A stretch of 62,921 nt of DNA, counting the filler, from Dugesia japonica (taxonomy: Eukaryota): NCBI GenBank assembly GCA_001938525.1. It is 6 parts of 6 records of this genome, joined end to end, with 100 filler letters (N's around TTAATTAATTAA, not from the genome) between each part and the next. Parts side by side here need not be neighbours in the genome. Positions count along the whole stretch, not along the records: positions 1 to 14,526 come from MQRL01541606.1; positions 14,627 to 26,196 come from MQRL01601190.1; 4 more parts are not named here. The stretch is one strand, 5' to 3'. This document shows, piece after piece, positions 10,760 to 24,279 of the stretch (the stretch's first letter is position 1; each line of letters opens with the position of its first letter). Both the position numbers and the translations under genes were made by a program. The notes under the pieces are model-generated. The model searched no databases. It was not told where the DNA came from and worked only from the letters and a program-made list of their open reading frames with translations.

Positions 10760-13590
10760 ACTATTTGTTTGGATGAAAATTTGAATAATTCAAATACATT
10801 GCAGTATTGCGTTTGGCGGGCAGCATTGGAAGTTTGTGAAATGAAGATGGTTTTTAGAAAGGGCAAAGATCATATCTATGCTGATGCATTGTCATGATTG
10901 CCCACTTGTAAATAATGCACACTGAAAAATTCTGATTCAAAAAAGAAACGCAACACCAAAGTTTATAATGAATATTTGATAAATACTGCAAAACAGAACT
11001 CAGAACTGGCTCTATCCGACGACACTGTAAAAGTTTTATTTAGTGTTATTCAAAGGAATACACCAAAGAACGAGTTCAGCATCATTACTAAATTACTAAA
11101 GGAAGACAGAAGTACAGAAGAAGACACAAGTTAAATAATTAATTACGTTGAATATTTAAAGTAATGGAAACTAAGATCAGAATTACGACCTAAAGGAGAT
11201 ATCCTTTATTTGTATAAAGAGGATAGATATCGCATGATTATTCAACCATCTAAAAGAGAATTAATAATAATAAATCCATCTCATTCGGCTTTCGATCATA
11301 TTGTAATTGGAAAATGTGCAGAAGTTATTACGCTTGATTAATTTTGGCCAAATATGAAAGCCAACTTTAAGAACTACATTGAAAAATGTAAATTTCGCCA
11401 AAGAAATAAATATTGGGTTGTCGAATAATCTTTTTTTTTCCACAAAAATATTGACCACTGTTGTATATTATTTGTTGCCAACGCTGTGGTAAGCTCATTA
11501 TGCTAGCTTCATAAAATCTTTAAGGCAAAATAATTCTCCAAACATTTCTTGACATCCTCCATTGAATGAAATTGTGTGTTCAGATTATTTTAAAGTGATT
11601 GGAATAGATAAAAATCCAAAAGCGCTAGATCTTACGAGTACGATGGGTGCTCCACTGCTTCCCAACTGAAATCCTTTAGTTTGCGTTTGGTTGCCAAAGC
11701 AGTATGTGAAATAAAAATATCTGGTGAAATACCACATTCTAACTGTTTGCAATTCTGGGCGTTTTTTCAGCATCGTCTCCTTCAGTTTTTCATGCTGATC
11801 ACAGTACTTCTCTGCATTGATAGTCTGACCACTTCAAAGCAGCTTGTAACAAATAATCCCTTTATAATCCCATTAAATGCATAACCTCATATTCTACGAA
11901 TGTAAATCTTGTTTTAATGTTGTTTGCAATGATCCACTTAGACCGCACCATAACTACCGATGCTTAATGTTGTTGAAGACAACGCATTTTTCGTACCCGG
12001 TTATCATCCGCTTCAGAAATGTGTCCGGTGACTCACAAAATACAATCCGATCAGAAATGTTCTTTTCGGTCAATTCATGCAAGACCAAAATATCCATCTT
12101 TGTCCCAAGTATTTTTAAGCACTTCGCAACTGTGGATTGTTCAATACCTAGTCTCTGCGATATTTTGTGTGTTAAGATATGCTGGTCTGCTTTGATTGCG
12201 GCCAAGATTTTGACATCATCAATGGTGATAGGACGACCTGTTTGAGAACTATCCTGGAGACTGAAATCCCCAGAACAGAAACTTGCAAACCATTTATGGC
12301 AGGTAACAGAGTTAATGACTGAGTTACTATATACACTGCGAATTTCACGTTGCGTTTATGCCTCATTTACTTTTTTTTGAATAAAAAAAGTAAAACATGC
12401 CTAAAATGCTGCTTTAAATCTTCAATTTGATTTGCTTCATTCAATCTGAAATTACGAATATTATAAAAAAATTTGTTAAACAATTAAATTATCTACAAAC
12501 ATATCCGGATATTATTTAAACGATTTGGGATAATTAATTATTTCAATAAAATTTGTATTTGAATTTAGCAATTGAAAATAATACAGAGCTTATTCCCCAA
12601 CCCAATACTTAAACGGCGGAATTAGAGCTCCGCTACAGATTGTAGTCACAAATAAATCTGTCAAATGATAGGAATAGATATAAGCGGACCTTATTGATGA
12701 GTTTAAGTATATTCTGGGAGTGATTGATTATGTTTGCCTTACACCGCTAAAAAGAATAGATTCGATACAAATTATAGAAGATCTATGGTTATATTGGTTT
12801 AGAATACTTGGAATAATAAAGCAAATTCACTCTGATTGTGGAACAAAACTTACATTTTATGTGTTTACGCAATTATTTACTTTATTACAAATAAAAAAAC
12901 ATTAACTTTACCTTATTATCAGCAATCAGAGGACTTAATAGAGAGGACATTCATAACAGCGAAATGCAAGATAAGTGCAGTAATGAAAGAACGGAATATA
13001 CAGAATTGAAGCAAAGTATTAACAACAGTTAAATATGGTTTGAGAACTACTGCTCATAAAACAACAAAGTATTCGCTATATGAAATTATTTTAGGTCATA
13101 AACCAAGGCTACAATTTTGAGATATTTTGAGAAACAATGATGCTGAGACAATAAGTTATGGTCAGTTTATATTTAATCTACAAGCCAAATTAAAATTGAT
13201 ATACGGAATAGTTTTGAAGAATACGTAAAAAGTAAACCATTGAAAATCAGAAAAGTATGATAGAACAAGATGGAATAAGAAACTAAATGTGGAAGATCGA
13301 GTAATGGTTAAAACAAACATAGAGAAGGATTCAGCCAAAGATTTATCGGACCCTTCCTTTTTATCTCAAATTTAAAGAGTAAAATATGTCCACAAGTAAT
13401 TCAGAGAAATTATAGTCAGATCAAACAATTTCCGCAGGTAAACAAGAATGACAAGATGACTACATCTCAAAGTATAAGTATTCAAAGCAGGAAAAAAAAC
13501 AGAAAAACCGGTAAGTATGAAAAGATATCCAACTCATGCTACTAGAAATTCAAATCTCAAATAAAATTAGTCATTGAAGATGCGAATGTG
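10760..13590 (+). mobile_element. pol: Ty3/gypsy retrotransposon B remnant (RNase H end and integrase), split by a mariner
   Basis: FRKGKDHIYADALS, ...WPNMK...EKCKFRQRNK, then after the mariner RAPLQ...GIDISGP, IHSDCG, PYYQQSEDLIER, LRTTAHKTTKYS.YE. Confidence 0.88.
11413..12605 (-). mobile_element. Full-length decayed mariner transposon (mellifera-like), 1193 bp, TA TSD
   Basis: TIRs ttgggttgtcgaataa / ttattccccaacccaa flanked by TA (11411-12, 12606-07). Transposase remnants KQHFRHVLLF, WFASFCSGDFSL, LHELTEKN, FLKRMITGYEKCVVFNNIK. Confidence 0.93.
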
Positions 13591-13799
13591 ATATATTCAT
13601 TTATTATAATTAAAAATGAATATATGTAAAACAATTAATTAAAATTAGTTCTTTTTAAAATATTAAAAAATAAAGAATTCAGTTTTTGATTTTAATAAAT
13701 ATTGAAATTATTAGCCTTCTTTAACAGGCATGAACCAATATTTGATATAAATATAAATCACAATGATATTTTATACCATTATCATTTTTTTTCAAGTAA

Positions 13800-14505
13800 A
13801 AAGTATAGGTGTTATTTTATAACCCTTAATTGTTTCATTTTTGTGTCTCTCACGCTTTTTGAGTGCATATACACAATGGAAAATCTGACGAAGTTCTACT
13901 TTTCTATGAAAGCCTTTGATGTCATCCAATACTGACTCATTTTCAGTTTATTCAGAGTTCGTATATTTTCAAAACCCAATTGATGATTCATCAGTATTTC
14001 CGTATCTTCTCCGTTTCCTGATAACTTTTCAGTTTTTGATTGTTANNNNNNNNNNNNNNNNNNNNNNNNNNNNNNNNNNNNNNNNNNNNNNNNNNNNNNN
14101 NNNNNNNNNNNNNNNNNNNNNNNNNNNNNNNNNNNNNNNNNNNNNNNNNNNNNNNNNNNNNNNNNTGTTTCAAGCTTAATTTTTCGTTTTAGTTATTGTT
14201 TTACAGCTTTTTCTCTAGTGTGTTATCCATTTTATTATTTTTTTTTCTTAAATTTGTTATTTTCTTCAGATTTAATCTCTTTTTTCTCTTATTTTACTAT
14301 TAATTATCCCTTTTAAATTCTGAAGACAAAATAATAGCGGCCTCATATTTTCTTTGATGTTTAGGCGCTTTTCAGCTTCTGTTTTTCAAGACAGCCATGT
14401 ACTATTTTATTTGATCAAGAGTTTTGAATTTCTGTTTCTTAATGATCACTGGTTTTGGTAATGTTTTACAACTTTTGCTTTCATTTCCTTATATTTGCGC
14501 CATTT
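13800..14505 (-). pseudogene. Possible retrotransposon gag N-terminal remnant
   Basis: PBS-like tggcgca at ~14500. SGNGEDTEI...FENIRTLNK resembles the gag 'F.G..D...W..FE....N' pattern. Weak. Confidence 0.3.
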
Positions 14506-14526
14506 TTTCTTTTTAATGTTTTAATC

Positions 14527-14626
14527 NNNNNNNNNNNNNNNNNNNNNNNNNNNNNNNNNNNNNNNNNNNNTTAATTAATTAANNNNNNNNNNNNNNNNNN
14601 NNNNNNNNNNNNNNNNNNNNNNNNNN
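14527..14626. other. Artificial contig linker N44-TTAATTAATTAA-N44
   Basis: The same 100-nt six-frame-stop spacer recurs five times in the window. Confidence 0.97.
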
Positions 14627-14704
14627 GGTGATACTCGATCTTTTCAAATCGACTTTGGATCGACTATTATCTTATTTTGCAAAATTTAAATTTCAAGTTA
14701 AAAA

Positions 14705-14737
<33 letters not shown>

Positions 14738-14935
14738 TGCATGGTAATTTAAAATGTTAGTATATCATTGACATTTAAAATGTTATTTTGTTTCCATAAA
14801 AAACATCGTGCTGAATTAGTTGCTATATATTATATTGGAAGGTGAGATTAGATACAGAAAGCATTCTTAGTTTTTAAAAATTATATTTGTATATTTAATG
14901 TAGTATTTATGATAATATTGACGAATTTTACCCAC

Positions 14936-15257
14936 CTGAAAATACAGAAACAATTATCATTGAAAATAACCACCAAAATGCCAACACAAAACGAGCTGAA
15001 ATTGGATATGCGTAAAAGTCTTGACCTAATTTATTTTGGTAATAAAAATCTTTATTTCTCATTAATAAAAACCTTGAATTAAAAAAGATCCAATAATTGT
15101 CCAATAATGCTCTGTAAATTGAACTTCATCTAATATTGAAAATGGTAACTTTAAATTCCATGCTGATAAAGGACTGTATCGACAGAACAATGTGGTGAAC
15201 ACACCTACAATGATTGTTGCTCCGAATATAATTAGCCATATATTCATTTTCAATGAT
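14936..15257 (-). CDS. Two exons (15073-15257, 14936-15025) of an ionotropic glutamate receptor / IR-like gene, M1-M2-M3 region; possibly a pseudogene
   Basis: Spliced across a 47-nt GT-AG intron, in frame: SLKMNIWLIIFGATIIVGVFTTLFCRYSPLSAW...YWTIIGSFLIQG|QDFYAYPISARFVLAFWWLFSMIIVSVFS. This matches iGluR 'SP..W', 'W..GS..QG' and 'S.R....WW.F' motifs. Confidence 0.85.
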
Positions 15258-15499
15258 CTTAATAAATAATTTTAATATTTATTTAAATAATAATCAAATT
15301 TTAATAAATATAGAAAATTTGAGAATTTTTTACAAAAATGATGTTTTATGTGGAACAAACGATCAAATGTTATTTAAATTATGATTTTTCTTTTTGGCAA
15401 TATCTGATATTTCTTCAAACTTTTGTTTGGAATAAATTTTTTGCTGAATATCTTTATTTTTTTCCTACTAATTTTAATGTTCACGTTATTGAATAGATG

Positions 15500-16300
15500 G
15501 TANAGCACCATTTTGTGAAAATACTAGATTTTAGTAGAATATGAGATGTTGGAAATGGCATATTTTTTCATCAATTTATTTAAGAAATCTTTCTTTATAT
15601 CAAATATTTATTAAAATTTTATTAATTTCTTCTGAAATAGATTCAATAGTTTCAAATATACACGTGAATAAGTTAACATAGTAATCTGACTTTGCTGCTT
15701 ATATCTTATTTTTTGAATTCTCATAATTTATTATTCATGTTTTCATTAATCAATTGAAGCTTCTTTTCCAAATCTAATGGACGATAAAATTGAATTAATT
15801 TAAGTAATTAAATTAATTAAAGTAATTGACGAATAAGCAAGATTTATCAATTTCAATCATCAAGCCTGGAGATCTTAAGTAATCAACTGTCTTTTTGAAG
15901 TATACACTATGTATTTCAATTCCTAAATTTTGATTAAATTTACAACTTTGCAAAACGTGAAACATAGTTTCCTCTACATCATGATTACGGCGACAAAGAA
16001 GATTGTTCCGTCTATTGATAAATGAATGAGTAAATTTGTTCAAGCTATTTGGACTAGCCCTATGTATTAAGTGCCATTCAAAGTCATTGAATTTGCCTCT
16101 GTATATCAGTTTATTGGTAGTTGGATAAAACTAAAATGTTGATTTGAATATATTACTATGACTGCTCATTTTTCATTTATAAAGATAAGCGTTCTCAAAA
16201 GCCAAAAGTTAAATATCTCCTATGTTTCTTTCATCACTTTACAGTTCAAAGAACGTTTAATATACAGTTTAAATCTCCAAGACAATTGGTTTTGATACAT
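15500..16300 (-). mobile_element. R2/NeSL/Utopia-type non-LTR retrotransposon 3' remnant (zinc knuckle and RLE region)
   Basis: ...WHLIHRASPNSL, then LCRRNHDVEETMFHVLQSC...IHS (cf. W.FIHRARLN.L / CRRC...ET..HVL..C...RHN). Confidence 0.75.
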
Positions 16301-16780
16301 GTCAAGCATTCTTCAAAATATCGAAAAGAAAAACAATTTTCTAATAATTGTTTTCTAATAATATTTTTCTAATAACATAGTATTAAGTGCAATCAAGGCA
16401 CTAAATCAATCAATAATACCGTGTACTAATATATGTAGCTTGCATACATAATCCGTGAACCTTATCTAAAATTAGATAAACGCTTTTAAATTGTACCTAG
16501 ATACATAAAATGAAAGAAATATTTAAGAAATCAAATCTTTTTAAACAGCTTCAATTTTTGCACTATTTGATTGCCTTTATGACTTTATTTAATATAAAAG
16601 CTTTGATTCAAATTTTGGTTTTTTTATTGATATTAGATAACAATACGATATCAATAAAAAAAACCAAAATTTTGATCAAAGCTTTAATATTAAATGAATT
16701 CTATAAAACAATCAATGGTTATGTCCAACAATTATTCTCGTACTAATGGCAATTGTAAAATGCTTTTATGACATTTATAT

Positions 16781-16971
16781 TATAAAGAAATAATTATAGT
16801 TTAATAATTTTAGCACATAGAAAGTGATAAAATTCCATTTTAAAATGTAATCAGCTCTATTTCAATTATAATTATCTTACTCAAAATGAGTTGTAGTAGT
16901 GAAATTAATGATGTCTAAAAATATTAATTGTGATTTAAAAAATGAATTACAAATTGAAAATTTACATAACA
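16781..16971 (+). repeat. 5' LTR of gypsy C
   Basis: Ungapped match to 20826-21016 with about 24 mismatches by eye; ends TAACA. Confidence 0.93.
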
Positions 16972-19900
16972 CAGTGGAAGCGTTAAATATCGATTCTATT
17001 ACAAAGCGATAATTGCCAAACGTTTTCTGCAGAGGAGATGATAATGAGAAATTCATCAAACGGTGTGAATTTTGTTTTGAAGCTAAAAACATCACCCAGA
17101 TGAAACAACAGACAAGATTAGTCTCTTTGTTTGCTAGATGATGAATATATAAAGACGTTAAAAAAANTTGAAGGTTTTTAGGCTCGTTTACGTATGACAT
17201 TTGAGAAAAAAAGATGTTATCAAAGAATGTCAAAGTTTGATTAACTACAGGCATGGAAATGAAGAGATTCAAATTTATTTTAAAAATTTAAAAGATTTAG
17301 TATAAGGATTATTTACAAAGAAGAAGAAAATTTGCAGATACGAGAGAATATTGAAGAAATTGAAGAAACAGTGACGTTGGTAGATCAAGTAGAGAAAAAT
17401 AGAGATCAAGGTTATGTAGTTAGAAGTTACGCAAGAGTTACAAGTTGAAATAATCAGAAACACGTAATTCATACTGTGAATAGACATGTAGATCAAAGGA
17501 AGGAAAACCAAAATATTGAATGTTGGTTATGTCATAAAATCGGTCATACTTAAGCTAATTGTCCAACAAAAAAGTAGTAGAGTGTTGGAGTTGTCATAAA
17601 ACAGGATATGTAAGTCNAGATTGTTCTAATAAAAAACTAAAAAAATTTTTGGTTGTGAAAAGGTTGGTCATATTAGACGGTTATGTCAAGAGGTGAGGTG
17701 AAAACGATGTGGTAATTGTCAAGATAGAGAAGAAAAAAGCTTCACAAAAGAGTTGGTTAGAGCCATCAATTGTTAAATGAAGTGATTATCTTCAAAGAGT
17801 TGATAAAGGGGATTATATCGGGAAAGTTACAGAAAAAGTATACAGGTTCTTAAAGAGGTAAAGTTTTGCGGACGATAGAAAAGTAAAATGGGTTAAAACA
17901 GTTGAAACTAAACAGAAAAAAAATATTTTGTACCATAAATTGCAAAGCAGACCAAGTGTGCGGTATGAATTCAAGGAAATAATGTAGAATGTCTATTAGA
18001 TATAGGGGCTCGAATTAACGTGATAAGTTTGAGTTGTTGTAATAAATTACGAGAAATATATTTAAAAATGAGTGATGCAAGATTGTGTTGTGCAAATAAT
18101 AGTACACTTNAAATTGTTGGAAAAGTTAGAACTGGAGTGATAATTGATGAAGTTTGTAAAAAGAATACTTTCTTAGTTGCTGAAAGAGTGACAAGAAATC
18201 TGATAGATGGAATAGATATACAGAGAAATCTTGGATACCAGCTTATGCAAAAGGTCAATAGCAAAACGGATGAAAAAATTGAAAATTACAATTGTAATAT
18301 TGAAGCAAAATTCGGAAGACAAATTAAAAAAGAGAGCGATTGACAAGAGCCTTAAATATTTTGAAGATTAACGAGGATCAAAAGTTATTGAAAATAATTG
18401 AAAGTAAAGTAGATGCTTTTATAGCATATACATGGGATGTAGGATATACGCATTTGACAAGACACAAAATAATCACAAGTGGTGAACCAATAAGTGTCAA
18501 ACCGTAGAGGCAAACAATGAACTTCGAATCTAAAATTGAAGAAGCTATCCAAAACCTTTTCGAGAATAATATTATGCAACCTTTCGTGGAATACCTTAGT
18601 GATATGTATTTGGAAAAAAGAAACTATGGACATATATTTGAAACATATGGAATATATTTGGATTATAGAAAATTCAATGTAGGAAAGCGAAAATTCCAGA
18701 TGCCTAATGTCGATGAAATGTTGGAAAGGTTAGATATCAAAATATTGCAGTTCAATAGATTTGGAAAATGCGTACTATTNNNNNNNNNNNGAAGAAGAAT
18801 CTCAATTAAAAACGGAGTTTTCAACGAAGTATGGACAATATTGTTTTAATAGAATGCCATTTGGCATCGCAGTGGCACCAGGGACATTATCAGAAGATGA
18901 TGACAAAAGTAGTAGGCGGAATCAATGGAGCCGTGGTTTATCTTAATGAAATTCTGATATTTACGAACAATAACGATCAACACTATGACGTCATTGAAAA
19001 AATATTGACGAAAATAGTGAAGGCTGGTCTAAGAATTAATCCAGAAAAATGTCAATTTCTTCTAAGCAAAAAAAGATATAAACAAATAATTGGTAGATAT
19101 GGTGTCAGAACTGATTCGTCTAAAATAAAAGCAATAAAAACTTTTGGCAAAGCTTACTGTGTAAAGAAGTTACAAAGTTTCTTATGAATATGTAATTATT
19201 ACAGATAATGTATAGAAAACTATGCAAGAAAAAAAAGAATCTTAGAGCAGTTGTGTAGTACACCAAGCAAAAAGAAATTAGAATGGACATATAAAATAAG
19301 CAATATATTTGAGGGTCTAAAAAATCTCTAATGACTGCACCAATATTGTGTTTTCCAGACATAAACAGAGAATTTATATTAGATTCAGATGCCAGTTTTG
19401 ATTTAATTGGAGCAGTATTGTCACAAAAAGATAAAGAAGGAAGTGAAAGAGTTGTTTCCTATAAACAAGTCATGAAAAATGATATTGCATTACACGAAAG
19501 GAGTTACTTGCTGTTTATTATTTCTGTTTGCATTTCAAACATTACTTGTGTGGTAGAAGATTTACTCTTAAAACAGGTCATATAACTCTAACTTTCATGA
19601 TGACGACAAAGAAACCAATTACGTCACAATTCNNNNNNNNNATTAATTATCTGAGTAGTTTAGACATGATTTTGGAATATAAAAACGGTAATCAACATGT
19701 TAACACAGATATGTTATCTAAACCAAGATGCGAGGTATGTGTACAATGTCAAATGTCCCATGAAGATGCCAAGAAATGGAAGATTAAAACGAGAATACTT
19801 AACATAATAGAAAATAAAAAAAGAAGATCATTTAAACATTTCTGAGGAAACAGATTTGATCAAAAAAATGAAAATTACGGATGAAAAAATACATGAGACA

Positions 19901-20825
19901 ATTGAAGAAATACATAAATTATTATGTTATGCAGGAGTTGATAAGGTGTACGAATAAATGAGAAACAAATACATTGCGAAGAATTTTTGGAGCCAAATAC
20001 AGAAAATAGTTCGTAGTTGTGAAGTTTATGAGAAGATCAAAGTAATGACGACAGTAACTAAAGAGAAGACAAAGAGATTAGAAGCTATCAATTTGTTTAA
20101 AGTCATATTCACAGATATATGTAGACCAATGCGGGAAACAAGTGGCCTTAAAAATCACATTCTTGGAATAGTCGACCAGTACAGTAAATATCTGGTTTTT
20201 ATGCCATTACCTAGACAAGACGAGGAAACAATAAGAAAAGCAATTTTTGAAAAATGGATATTGAGATTTGGATGTTCAAGAGATATAAAACTAGATTGTG
20301 GAAAAGCTTTTGAATACAGAGTTTTAAGTGAGTTTGCATTGAAGATAGAGATTAAACTTTGCTTTTCGAATCCCTATCATCATAATGCATACGGAAAAAT
20401 TGAAAAACAGTTCAGGACAATTCGAGATTTGATAAATGTAACACTTTAAGAAAGAAAGACAACAAATTAGGCAGATCTTTGACTGGAAATAGAATTTACA
20501 CTGAACGCAACAAAGCAAAAGACGACTGAAAAGAGCGTAGCTGAGATCGTATTTGGATAGAAAATTAGCAGAAAAAATGGTATTAATCTGACATTTCAGA
20601 TAGAACTAAAGAAAACACTTCGAACGTGATTACTCAAAGAGAATTACAAGTCGGNGTTTTTGTACTCATCAAGTTAGAAACAAGAAATAAAAGTCAAGGC
20701 AGATTTGAAAGACTTTATCAAATAATTGAGAAAATTCATGAAAGACGGTATGCGGTACAAATGAGAAAATGGACAACGATTGGAAAGAAATGTGGAAAAC
20801 CTTAGAAGTTTCTTAAAAAGAGGGA

Positions 20826-21016
20826 TGTAAGGAAATAATTATTATTTAATAATTTTAGCCCATAGAAACTGATCGAATTCGATTTTAAAATGTAATCAGC
20901 TCTATTTTACTTGTAATTATCTTACTAAGAATGTGTTGAAGTAGTGAAATAAATGATGTCTAAAAATATTAATTGTGATTTGAAAAAAGAATTATCAATT
21001 GAAGATTTATCTAACA
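20826..21016 (+). repeat. 3' LTR of gypsy C
   Basis: TGT...ACA, directly preceded by a polypurine tract. Confidence 0.93.
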
Positions 21017-21397
21017 TCTATATTATTGCATTTTTAGTTTGTTAATGTCAGTTCAAATAATTTTATAACTATATACTAATTTTGATATCTTTACAATTCA
21101 ATAAAGTTTTCGCCGTTTAATGACTTGTACGATGGAGTTGGTATTTACATTATTATATAAATTTGCATCAAGTGTCACACTTTTCAAATACATTTACTTT
21201 GATATGTTTGTATTTGAGCATAATATTTTACACTAATTAAAATTAATACGATATGAAATTATCTTAAAAAGTTATTTTACAATTTCTATTTTCTATTTGC
21301 TTTGTTTAATTTTATTTATTTACTGGTTTATTTTATTTACAAATTTTTTAGTTATTACATCTATAATAATTCAAATACTACTAGTACTATTACTTAC

Positions 21398-21398
<1 letters not shown>

Positions 21399-21451
<53 letters not shown>
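21399..21451. repeat. (AAT)n microsatellite running into a gap
   Basis: Direct reading. Similar tracts at 22149-22207, ~26100-26196 and ~62860-62921. Confidence 0.97.
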
Positions 21452-22148
21452 NNNNNNNNNNNNNNNNNNNNNNNNNNNNNNNNNNNNNNNNNNNNNNNNN
21501 NNNNNNNNNNNNNNNNNNNNNNNNNNNNNNNNNNNNNNNNNNNNNNNNNNNNNNNNNNNNNNNNNNNNNNNNNNNNNNNNNNNNNNNNNNNNNNNNNNNN
21601 NNNNNNNNNNNNNNNNNNNNNNNNNNNNNNNNNNNNNNNNNNNNNNNNNNNNNNNNNNNNNNNNNNNNNNNNNNNAACTGGAATGGATTCCACCACTTTG
21701 GATTCATTTGTGGAATATGGAATATTATTACAGTAGGATCAGAATTAATAGGATAAGTGTATTCGACCACTTCATTTCTCTCAAATGTAAATGTAAAAAC
21801 GCCTGCTGCTAGTCCAGCTTTCTAAAATATAGAAAATGTAATGAGTAAAATGTTTTCGTAATTTAATTATTATATTCTACATTTTCCAAATGATGTTAAA
21901 ATTCCTTAATTTAACAAAAATATTTTTTAAAAGAATAAACAAGAATGAATATAAAAATAAAAAAGTTATTATTATAAATATGTTNNNNNNNNNNNNNNNN
22001 NNNNNNNNNNNNNNNNNNNNNNNNNNNNNNNNNNNNNNNNNNNNNNNNNNNNNNNNNNNNNNNNNNNNNNNNNNNNNNNNNNNNNNNNNNNNNNNNNNNN
22101 NNNNNNNNNNNNNNNNNNNNNNNNNNNNNNNNNNNNNNNNNNNNNNNN

Positions 22149-22207
<59 letters not shown>

Positions 22208-24279
22208 GTTATTATTTTAAATATAACTAAATGTTTTAATTATATTTTTTAAATGAAAGTAAAAAATAAAAAATAATTAATTAAAACGAATAATGCAACT
22301 ATTTTCTAAGTGAGAATTTTGTAAGTTAATGGTACACCTAATGCTATTTGTATAAGAGAAATAAATTAAAGCCAACATTGTAAAGTAGTTTTGTAAAAAA
22401 TCTTCAACCGAAAGTATATTTATTCTAAAATATACATTAAAATATAAAGACTTTAATGTGTAAATTTTCAAAATCAAGTCACCTATTATGTCATCTATAG
22501 TATATTGAAAAATGGATAATATTAATAATATTAATTATAAGGAATACAATACAAGATTATTAAAATTTTAATTCAGTTAAAATTTTAATTATTTTTCCAT
22601 AATATTTGTAAAATATTACATTAAAAATAAACTAATTTAAAAATTATTTTAAAGAAAAAAACAGTTATTCTGATTATATATAGTTATAGTTCTTACAATA
22701 TAAAACTAAATTAGGCGTTTTCGGATTATATTTAAGTGTTATTAAAAAAGGTTATGAATTTTAAGTTGCATATTCAAAACTTTTAAAATTTTAAATGCCA
22801 AATCTTATTTTTTGTATATTTTAAGTTTTATGCTGAAAGTTATATTCTCAATGCTGAATGTTGTATAATCTAGGATGAATCTATTTTCTATGTTGAAGTG
22901 GGAGTTTTCTATGACTATAATACTTTCTTTAATAATTAATTTCATATTTTACATGTTGACTTAGAAAATTTATGTGTTGACTTAAAATTTCTATGATGAA
23001 ATATTAAAATGTTATATTAAGAATCAAAGAATAAAACTTTCTCCGCCAACAATTTTGATCGGATCAAGTCGAGCTTGGAACCATTTTAATCAAAATTTTA
23101 TAGTATCTAAACATTGCTTTAANNNNNNNNNNNNNNNNNNNNNNNNNNNNNNNNNNNNNNNNNNNNNNNNNNNNNNNNNNNNNNNNNNNNNNNNNNNATA
23201 TAAAAACATATTAGCACCATTGGAATCAACATAAAAAATTACCTATACATTTTTTCATCGAAAATGTGTTTCGTTATGTACCATACTCCCCTAGCCGATG
23301 AAGTGATATAGAAATTTGGTTTTCACATTTACATAAAAAATTAAAAAGTAAGATAGAAACACATCCATACAAAATTTATGAAAATAACTATTTTCTATAC
23401 AAAATGGCGGCTAAAAGTACACATTGATTTTATAGGTCAAAGTTCATTTAAAGTATTACTTTCTGGTCCACGTGATATTGTTGTATGAGCATTAAAATGA
23501 TATACACAATAGATTTATTTTAGTCTGATGTAAGAGTAAAATGTAATTATAGATTTAAAATTTTAAAAATATTAAAAAATCAGTAACCATCAAAATTTTC
23601 CCCTTATACCCATCAATGTTTTGATACCGTTTAATAGAGAAATAAAGGGAAAATATATTTCACTTATAAAGCTTTGAATAGAAATGTTTTCCCAACCGAA
23701 ATACCAATAAAAACATATTTGGGTCTTTGGTGGGGGCTTTCAATTTTTTGAGTTTAAACCATCATCATTCAGATAAAAATCGAAAACGATCTATAGATTG
23801 CCCACACGACTTATAGCAAAAAATCCTTCCTTCATATAAAAAAATGAAGAAAAATCTAGTAGGTAGATGTAAAAGCATCAAATCGCTTAAATTCATCAAT
23901 TTTAAAATTACTATTAAAACGTTTAAATGAATGCTATAATGATAAACTAGATATCGTTGGATTTGAAAAATCCTGAGGAACAAAACTGCTATTTCAGAAT
24001 TTTTATATGACATATTAATGGTTAGTTATTCAAGATTTAAAATTTTAAAGTTTAAAAAGCATGCGCAGACTCCAATTTCTATCACCTAGACTTGAATTTG
24101 ATACTATCGGATAGATAATTAAAAACTACTTATAAATTATATAAAAACTAAATACGAGAAAATGATTACATTATGAGAAAATCGCAAAACAAAAAACAAA
24201 AGACTTTTAAAAATATTTTAAAAATGGATTTTTGACATAATTTCTTAATCAAAATGCATCAAATTGATATTTGTCACAG

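Larger units (their letters stand above)
16781..21016 (+). mobile_element. Full-length decayed Ty3/gypsy retrotransposon C (4236 bp)
   Basis: Two 191-bp LTRs, TSD tatat/tctat and PPT aaaaagaggga (20815-20825). Gag has ~4 CCHC knuckles, followed by protease (CLLDIGA), RT (RMPFG, VYLNEIL), RH (DSDAS) and IN (TDIC.P, NPYHHNAYGKIEKQF). Confidence 0.95.

Noticed and set aside
14571-14582. TTAATTAATTAA palindrome recurring five times
   Set aside because: Always centred in 44+44 N, so it is an artificial linker. No synteny should be inferred across it.
21297-22252. Long ORFs with poly-I/N/Y/L and X runs
   Set aside because: Produced by (AAT)n microsatellites and N gaps; the same applies to 25998-26252 and 52301-52750.
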